This document shows, piece after piece, positions 57,590-64,000 of a DNA stretch of 64,000 nt. The DNA is taken from the NCBI GenBank assembly GCA_963707825.1, contig CAVPRP010000012.1:22003-86002 (forward strand). Direction: 5' to 3'. The stretch is from an uncultured Acidobacteriota bacterium (GTDB lineage Bacteria; Acidobacteriota; Vicinamibacteria; Vicinamibacterales; UBA2999). The stretch's first letter is position 1. Every line of letters starts with the position of its first letter. The position numbers and the translations under genes are program-made. The notes under the pieces were generated by a model that was given only the letters and a program-made list of their open reading frames with translations, made no database searches and was not told the origin of the DNA.

Positions 57590-59990
57590 ATGCATCGGGT
57601 TCTCGCAATTTGCCTCGTGGCCGCGGCGCTGGTTGTGCCCGCCGCTGCCTCGGCCCAGAGCACTGCCACCGTTCGGGGCATCGTGACCGACGAGCTTGGC
57701 GGGGTCGTGCCTGGCGTCGATGTTCAACTCATCCGGACGCTGACGGGACTCAGTCGCCGCACGGTCACCGGCCCCGACGGGGCCTTTGAGTGGGCCAACC
57801 TGCCGCCCGATCGCTACGAGTTGCGGGCCGAGATCTCCGGCTTCGAACCCCATCTCGCGCCGGTGGTCGTCCGCACGAGTGTGCCGCTTACGCTGACGAT
57901 CGTGCTGCGCGTGGCCACGCAGTCCACGACGGTGCTCGTGACTCCCGCACCGCAGCTGGTCGACCCGACCATCACCGGGACGCGGACCCAGGTGAGCTTC
58001 GTGGGCATCGACCAGCTACCCGCGCCAGTCGGCAGCCGCGGGGTGGAGTCCGTGCTCGTCACCCTGCCTGGCTTCGCGCAGAACGCTAACGGCGCCATTC
58101 ACCCACGCGGCGCCCACAACCAGATGACCTACGTCGTTGACGGCCTGCCGATTAGCGATCAGCTGACGGGCGCCTTCGCCAATGCTCTCGACGGCGGCCT
58201 CGTCCAGGCGGCGGAGTTGTGGACGGGGAACATTCCGGCGGAGTTCGGGGCGAAGGTGTCGGGGGTGGTGGTCATTACCAGTCGGAGTGGCATCGGCAGT
58301 AACCGGTGGTTGACTGGCGAGGGCTCGGTGGCAGCCTCGGGGTTCGACACCTGGCACGGCTCGGTCGCAGGGCGGCGGGCAACGCGGGCGGATTGGCTAC
58401 TTCGGTTCGGCGACATCGATGCGCACCGATCGCTTTCTCGACCAGGTATCGCTGGACAACCTGCACAACGAAGGTGGCTTCGGCCGCGGATTCCTTCGCG
58501 CCGACGTCCGCCTCTCGAACTCGCAGACGCTCCGCGCGCATCTGATGGGTGGCGCGTCTCGATTCGACATCGCCAACCTCCGCTCGCAGCACCAGAACGG
58601 CCAGGACCAGGCGCAGCGTCTCGCCGATTTGGCGGGATGGGTCGGGTATACGGCGACCATCGGCAGCGCCGCCACCATCGAGCTGGTCGGCGGTCACCGC
58701 GGCACGACGTCGACGCTGACGCCGAGCGCGGGCGACACGCCGGTTACCGCGACGCAGGACCGCACCCTGGCGACGACCACCGTGACGGCGCGCTATACGC
58801 GGTTGATTGGACCGCACAACGTCAGAGTGGGCGTGGACGGGCTCCATTTCGACGTCGGCGAACGGTTCGCGATGGGCCTCACCAACCCGGCCTTCAACGC
58901 TCCTGGCGATCCGAACTACAACGCCGCGCTCGCTCCGTACGATCTGACCCGCGGCGGCGCCCCCTTCTCGTTCGACGACCGTCGCGACGGGCGACATCTG
59001 GGCACGTTCGCGCAGGCACAACTCCTGTACGGCGCGCTGGCGATGACCATTGGGGCGCGGTACGATCGCTACCGTCTGCTCGTGCAGGAGCATCAGCTTC
59101 AGCCGCGTGTCGGCATCGCCTGGGCGCTTCCCGGCAACCGGGGCGTGGCGCGGGCCTCGTACAACCGCAACTTCCAGACGCCCCCGCTCGAGAACCTGCT
59201 GCTCTCGAGTTCCCCGGAGGCCGCGGCACTCGCACCCGACAGCGTGCGCGAAGCGCTCGGCGACACCTATCAGCCAATTCGCTCCGAACGGCAGGACGTC
59301 GTCGAGGTGGGTTATCAACGCGGGTTGGGCCGCATTGGCAGCCTCGATATGTCGGTCTACTGGAAGGGCTCGCGCGATCAGCAGGACAACAACAATTTCT
59401 TCGACACCGGCATCATCTTCCCGACTACCCTCGCGGCCATCGACGTGCGCGGCGCCGAGGGGCGCCTGGTCATTCCGGAGCGGCGCGGCGTCTCGGGCAC
59501 CTTGTCGGTGACGACGAGCCGGGCGATTTCGACGCCGCCGTTCACCGGCGGCTTGTTCCTGGGGCAGGACGCAGTCGATCTGCTCAGCGCCGGACCGTTC
59601 GCCATCGATCACGACCAGCGACTGAGCATGCACGGCACCGCGCAGTGGCGCGGCATCGCCGGCTGGTGGGCCGGCACTTCGGTGCGCTATGACAGCGGGC
59701 TCGTCGCAAATCCTTCCGATCCCGCCGAAGTGGCGCGCGATCCGGATTTCGCGGACTTGCTGCCCTACGTCGATCTGAACGCCAGCGTCCCGCGCGTCCG
59801 ACCGCGCACGATTCTCGACCTGGTGACCGGCTTCGACGTGCGCCGACAGACCCGCCGGATCTGGACGCTGCAACTGCAGGTCACCAACCTGACGAACCGC
59901 ACCGCCCTCTACAACTTCCAATCGGTGTTCGTCGGCACCCGCCTCGTCCAGCCCAGAACGTTCGCGGTTCGCATCCGACGCTTCTTCTGA
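57590..59990 (+). CDS. TonB-dependent receptor with N-terminal carboxypeptidase-regulatory-like domain (one frame break near 58400)
   Basis: Signal peptide, then TVRGIVTDELGGVVPGVDVQL..TGPDGAFEWANLPPDRYELRAE. Plug-like IHPRGAHNQMTYVVDGLPI. Barrel ends TNLTNRTALYNFQSVFVGTRLVQPRTFAVRIRRFF. Confidence 0.88.
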
Positions 59991-60010
59991 GCCCTGCTCC
60001 CTGACCGGCC

Positions 60011-60141
60011 CGGCTTGAGGGCTTGAGGTGTGATCTTGAGTCTTGAGTCTTGGGTCTTGGGTCTTGAGAAGAGACCATTTCTTGGGGTTCCAGGTTTTCG
60101 GTTCCACGTTCTCGGTTCCAGGTTCTAGGTTCGAGGCTTGG
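60011..60141. repeat. Composite heptamer array F: (GGGCTTGA)x2, (GTCTTGR)x5, spacer, (GGTTCNN)x7
   Basis: Direct reading. It is the reverse orientation of the CAAGCCC and CAAGACY families, followed by ggttcca ggttttc ggttcca cgttctc ggttcca ggttcta ggttcga. Confidence 0.9.
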
Positions 60142-60375
60142 CCTTCTGGCGCTGCCGTCTGCCCGATGCCGTCTGGCGGGTCTGGCCCCATCCGAGGCTG
60201 TCGGTGAAGCCTTTGACACCCCCGGCGGCGCCGTACTTGGCGGGGTTGCCGCCGTGCTGGATGGCCGTGACGAGAAGGCCACGGCCATCAGGCCCGCGGT
60301 CAGCAGGAGCGAGACGGCGAGCATGCCGCGCCGGCGGCGCAGCTTGAGCACGTCGGAAGCGATGAGCGCGAGCAT
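60125..60375 (-). pseudogene. N-terminal remnant of an ABC-2-type permease, truncated at repeat array F
   Basis: MLALIASDVLKLRRRRGMLAVSLLLTAGLMAVAF.. starts in a TGATG overlap with the ATPase stop. Only ~80 codons remain before the array, and no frame gives further TM segments. Confidence 0.5.
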
Positions 60376-61332
60376 CAGGAACGGTCCTCGAGGCGGGTGG
60401 TCATGGTCAGGAAGCGGTCTTCGAGCGAGGCTGGCGACGGGCGCGACCCGCTCCACGGCGACGCCGTGGTCGAGCAGGCGCCGCAGCAGCGCGGTGACGA
60501 TCTCGCGATCGACCGGCGCCTCGGGGCTGAGCGTCACGCGCAGGCCGCCCTCGTGATCGGTCGCGCGCGTCACGCCGGGCACCGCGGCGAGCAGCCGTCG
60601 CGGCCTCGGCGGGGCTGTGGCAGACGATGTCGATCGCGCGCGGGCCGCCGCGCACGAGCTCGTCGATCGTGCCCTGGGCGACGACCCTGCCCAGGTCGAC
60701 GATCGCGGCGAGGTCGCAGGTCTTCTCGACCTCGTCGAGCAGGTGCGAGGACAGCAGCACGGTGCGCCCCTCGGCGACCAGCTCGCGGATCAGGTCGCGC
60801 ATCTCGAGGATGCCGGCCGGGTCGAGCCCGTTCATCGGCTCGTCGAGGATCAGCAGCTCGGGGTCGGCCAGCAGGCAGCGCGCGACGCCGAGGCGCTGGC
60901 GCATGCCGAGCGAGTAGGCCTTGACGCGGTCGTCGCCGCGGGCGGCGAGGCCGACGCGCGCCAGCGCGCCGTCGATCCGCGTGCGCGGCATCGCCGCCGC
61001 GGGCGGCCGCGTGGACCTTCAGGTTCTCGCGGCCGCGTGAGGTGCGGATGGAAGCGCGGCTCCTCGATGATCGCGCCGACGCGCGCGAGCGCCGCGGCGC
61101 GGTCGCCGGGCAGGTCGCGCCCGAGCAGGCGCATGCGGCCCGCGGTCGGCTCGGCGAGGCCGAGCAGCAGCCGGATCAGCGTGGTCTTGCCGGCGCCGTT
61201 GGCGCCGAGGAAGCCGAAGGCGACGCCGCGCGGCACCTCGAGGTCGACGCCGTCGAGCGCCGCCCGCGTGCCGAACCGCTTGCCGAGCCCCGAGGTCTGC
61301 ACGGCGAGTTCGAGGGAGGGGGTGGAGGTCAT
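60375..61332 (-). CDS. ABC transporter ATP-binding protein (ABC-2 type; frame-disrupted)
   Basis: GFLGANGAGKTTLIRLLLGL, YSLGMRQRLGVARCLL, LILDEPMNGLD, LLSSHLLDEVE. C-terminal regulatory domain ends LEDRFLTMTTRLEDRS. Confidence 0.85.
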
Positions 61333-61396
61333 GCGACGACGGTACGGGCGGGCCGTCGCCGGCGCCTCGGGCGGACGGGCGGAACGTGGCCCCCCC

Positions 61397-61491
61397 GAGC
61401 GGATGAACTTGTCGGCGAGCTCATCCGCTCGGATGAGGTCGTGGCGTTCGTGGTCAGCGGGCGAACGTCAACAGCGCAGTTGACGTTCGCC
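61397..61491. repeat. Two strong hairpins in the 135-nt gap upstream of the ABC ATPase gene
   Basis: Perfect 10-bp stem GAGCGGATGA / TCATCCGCTC (61397-61406 / 61421-61430). Perfect 13-bp stem GGCGAACGTCAAC / GTTGACGTTCGCC (61460-61472 / 61479-61491, 6-nt loop). Confidence 0.6.
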
Positions 61492-61968
61492 GGGGTGTTC
61501 CCACGCCTTCTTCCGCGCCGCCGCCGGCTTCTTCTGCGCCGCCGCGCGCTTCTCGAGGCCGGCGATCGAGCGCGCGAGGTCGGTCGGCTGGCGGATCGTC
61601 TTGATGCTGCGCTCGAACAGCTCCGCCTGGGCCTTCATCAGCACCGCCGTCTGCTCGAGCGCCTGGGCCTGCCTGCTCTCGAGCGCCTCGGCCTGCTGGC
61701 GGACCGTCGCTCCGCTCTGCTCGAGCAGGTCCAGCAGGGCGTCGAAAGGCCCGAAGACGCGGCCGAGCACATTGCGCTGGAGTCGCCGCTCGCGCTCGAG
61801 CACGTCCTGGAGCAGCTCGGTCTGGCGCTTGAGCGGCCCGACCAGCTGGCGCGGGATCGCCGACTGCATCGCCGATTGCCATTCGCGCAGGAGGTCAAGG
61901 CCGCCAGGTTCGGGCATCGCGCGATGATCGCAGGCGTGCGGAGGAGTACGATCGGCAAAGAGGTCCAT
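61468..61968 (-). CDS. Hypothetical coiled-coil protein with Lys/Ala-rich C-terminus
   Basis: ORF from MDLFADRT.. (or MPEPGGLDLL at 61917). Heptad-like Q/E/L/R-rich sequence; the tail is AAQKKPAAARKK. The stop lies inside the 13-bp hairpin. No family recognised. Confidence 0.4.
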   Translation of the reverse strand: MDLFADRTPPHACDHRAMPEPGGLDLLREWQSAMQSAIPRQLVGPLKRQTELLQDVLERERRLQRNVLGRVFGPFDALLDLLEQSGATVRQQAEALESRQAQALEQTAVLMKAQAELFERSIKTIRQPTDLARSIAGLEKRAAAQKKPAAARKKAWEHPGERQLRC

Positions 61969-62432
61969 GTCTGAACTCGGCCTCCTCCTGTTGGTAGTGG
62001 GCGCCGCGCTCGCGGTGGAGGCCCATGTGCCCACGCACGGTGCGCTCGGCGGTGCGGCCGTCGCGGCCGCCGCCACCGGCCTGGCGCTCATGATCGCCGG
62101 CGCGGGTTTCGGTCTCGCGCTCGCGCTGACGACCGGGCTCGTCGCGGGCGCGATCGGCGCGGCCTACCTCTGGGTCGTCGTGCACAAGGCGCTCGCCGCC
62201 CGGCGCGCGCGGGTGCGCAGCGAAGCCGAGGGCCTGATCGGGCGCATCGGGGAGGTTCGTGCCGCGCCGAGCCCGCTGGGCCAGGTCTACCTCGACGGCG
62301 CGCTGTGGCGGGCGCGCCAGTGGAGTTTCGAGGAGGAGGCCGTGCTCGAGCGCGGCGACCCGATCGTGGTGGAGCGCGTCGACGGCCTCACGCTTCACCG
62401 TCCGCCGCGCCGAGGACTGGGAGGTCTTCTGA
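61967..62432 (+). CDS. NfeD-family membrane protein (frame break near its 3' end)
   Basis: AGAGG SD. TM-rich N-terminus. OB-fold tail GRIGEVRAAPSPLGQVYLDGALWRARQ..GDPIVVERVDGLTL. With a 1-nt correction it ends ..RRAEDWEVF at the TGA at 62430-62432, overlapping the next ATG. Confidence 0.8.
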
Positions 62433-63275
62433 TGTCCGAGCTCCTGTTCGCCGTCGTCATCATCCTGCTGCTGTTCGCGACGCTCGCCGGCACGTCCGTG
62501 CGGGTGCTGCGGGAGTACGAGCGGGGTGTCGTGTTCCGGCTCGGTCGCCTGACGGGGCAGCGCACGGGGCCCGGTCTGGTCATGCTCGTGCTGCCAATCG
62601 ATCGCATGGTGCCGGGTCGCCTGCGCACCGTGACGCTCGGCATCCCGCCGCAGGACGTGATCACGCGTGACAACGTCACCGCGCGCGTCGACGCGGTCGC
62701 CTACTTCCGGGTCGTCGATCCCAACTCGTCGGTGGTCGGCATCGAGGACGCGGTGCGTGCGACCTCGCAGATCGCCCAGACCACGCTGCGCTCGGTGCTC
62801 GGCAAGGCCGACCTCGACACGCTCCTGAGGGAGCGCGACCGGCTCAACGAGGACCTCCAGACGATCATCGACGAGCACACCGAGCCGTGGGGGATCAAGG
62901 TCGACCGCGGTCGAGATCAAGGACGTGAGCATCCCGGCAGGGATGCAGCGCGCGATGTCGCGCCAGGCCGAGGCCGAGCGCGAGCGGCGGGCGAAGGTCA
63001 TCCACGCCGAGGGCGAGTTCCAGGCTGCCGCGAGGCTGGCGACGGCCGCTGAGGTGATGAGCCACCAGCCGGCCGCGCTCCAGCTCCGCTATCTGCAGAC
63101 GCTGTCGGAGATCGGCGGGGGCGACCATGCGTCGACGATCGTCTTCCCGCTCCCGCTCGACCTGATCAAGCCGCTGCTCGAGGGCGCAACCAAGGCGCCG
63201 CCGCCGGCGTCCGAGCAGACCAACGGCGAGCTGCCCGACGGCGCCCGCGTCGGGGAGCTGCCCAAGGCTCAGTAG
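62432..63275 (+). CDS. SPFH/band-7 (stomatin-like) protein (one frame break near 62900)
   Basis: [70 protein letters not shown]. Then [33 protein letters not shown]. Confidence 0.9.
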
Positions 63276-63569
63276 CGCAGCGCGGAGGAGTCGCTGGACT
63301 GCTGGTGGCGCATGCCGCGGTGGCACTGGTGGTGGCCGAGCGGCGCGTAGGAGGTCCAGCCCTCCTTGGCCGAGGCCGGAGCCCGGGCGGGCTCCTGCTT
63401 CTCGTCGGCGAGCCCGACGGCGGCGCCGGCGAGCGCGCCGGCCACGACGACGGAGGCGACCGCGACGGTGAAGGCGCGGCGTGCGCGGCGGGGCACGCGC
63501 GGAGGTCGGCGGCGACTCGTCGACCGAGGCCACCACTGAGACGTCGTCGAAGCGATCCATCGAGCCCAT
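63269..63569 (-). CDS. Possible small single-pass membrane protein (needs one frame correction)
   Basis: GAGGGG SD 4 nt before ATG 63569 ([13 protein letters not shown]). A second frame gives the TM segment [21 protein letters not shown] and a tail ending at 63269. No family recognised. Confidence 0.3.
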
Positions 63570-63627
63570 CGTACCCCTCGGGGCAAGTTCGAACGCGCCC
63601 GCCGTGAGCGCGTCGGATCGGCTCCGA

Positions 63628-64000
63628 TCAGGTCTCGTCGCCGCCGGTGCGCGTGACCATGCGCCCGCCCGACTTGCCCGCGGTCGCGCGCCGCACGAGC
63701 CGCGGCGCCAGGATCCGCGCCACCGCGGCGAGCGCGTACGCCCGCGGCACGTAGCGCTCGGCTTGCCGCCGGGGCCGGCGTCGACGATCGCGTCGGCGAC
63801 CGTGTCCGGCGTCGAGACCATCCGGCGCGTCACCGGCTGTCGGTGAGCTCCTTCTGCGGGAAGCCCTCGGTGGCGACGAAGCCGGGCAGCACGAGGCCGA
63901 CGTGGACGCCGTGCGGCGCCTCCTCGAGGTGGAGCGCGTCGCTCCAGCCGATCAGCGCGAACTTGCTCGCCGAGTAGGCGCCGGAGCCCGCTCGGGAGAC
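63628..64000 (-). CDS. Short-chain dehydrogenase/reductase, C-terminal part (gene continues beyond the window; frame-disrupted)
   Basis: The minus strand from 64000 reads VSRAGSGAYSASKFALIGWSDALHLEEAPHGVHVGLVLPGFVATEGF (YxxxK catalytic motif). The tail ..TRTGGDET ends at the TGA at 63628-63630. Confidence 0.75.

Overview
Gene-dense, very GC-rich (about 70 percent by eye) chromosomal segment with roughly 52 protein-coding genes. I recognise no rRNA, tRNA, CRISPR, IS or prophage signal.

Gene content is mostly housekeeping and metabolism:
- A DUF349 protein, then an ArsR-methyltransferase followed by metH.
- A long minus-strand run: small ORF, 2Fe-2S-domain protein, PAS histidine kinase, threonine-dehydrogenase-like epimerase, DUF885-like protein, quinone oxidoreductase, MFS transporter.
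- Still on the minus strand: DUF6526, MBL hydrolase, GYF-AIM24, DUF533/TerB-like, a ~1070-aa BNR/FN3 exoprotein, MsbA-like ABC exporter, apaG, UbiD-family decarboxylase, amidohydrolase, DinB-family protein, ettA, M16 peptidase.
- dut, dinB, M20 peptidase, cyclophilin, nitroreductase, rsgA, DUF72, hydrolases, DUF1499, a DUF5916 outer-membrane protein.
- A hypothetical-ferredoxin-TerC operon, amt-gdh, a SWIB protein, typA, Zn-ADH, ADP-forming acetyl-CoA synthetase, a TonB-dependent receptor, an ABC ATPase, NfeD-SPFH and an SDR.

The repertoire gives me the impression of a soil Acidobacteriota-type genome, but that is only an impression.

Three sequence-level observations stand out:
1. A dispersed family of composite 7-8-nt tandem-repeat arrays fills at least eight intergenic gaps. 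Several carry phased GGG tracts, which gives G-quadruplex potential.
2. About a dozen operon-first genes have a TANNNT-type -10 hexamer ending 6-7 nt before the start codon and no Shine-Dalgarno sequence, which suggests widespread leaderless mRNAs.
3. Reading frames of clearly conserved genes are broken very often in 0-36.9 kb and again in 52-64 kb, but almost never in 36.9-51 kb. This most likely reflects consensus indel errors. Gene ends in the broken regions are therefore approximate, and products were called by reading motifs across frames.

I did not find a defence island or an obviously new multi-gene system. The unknowns most worth follow-up are the repeat arrays, a pair of secreted HExxH paralogs, and the translationally coupled 2Fe-2S protein/histidine kinase operon. 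All family calls come from motif recognition by eye; no searches were run.
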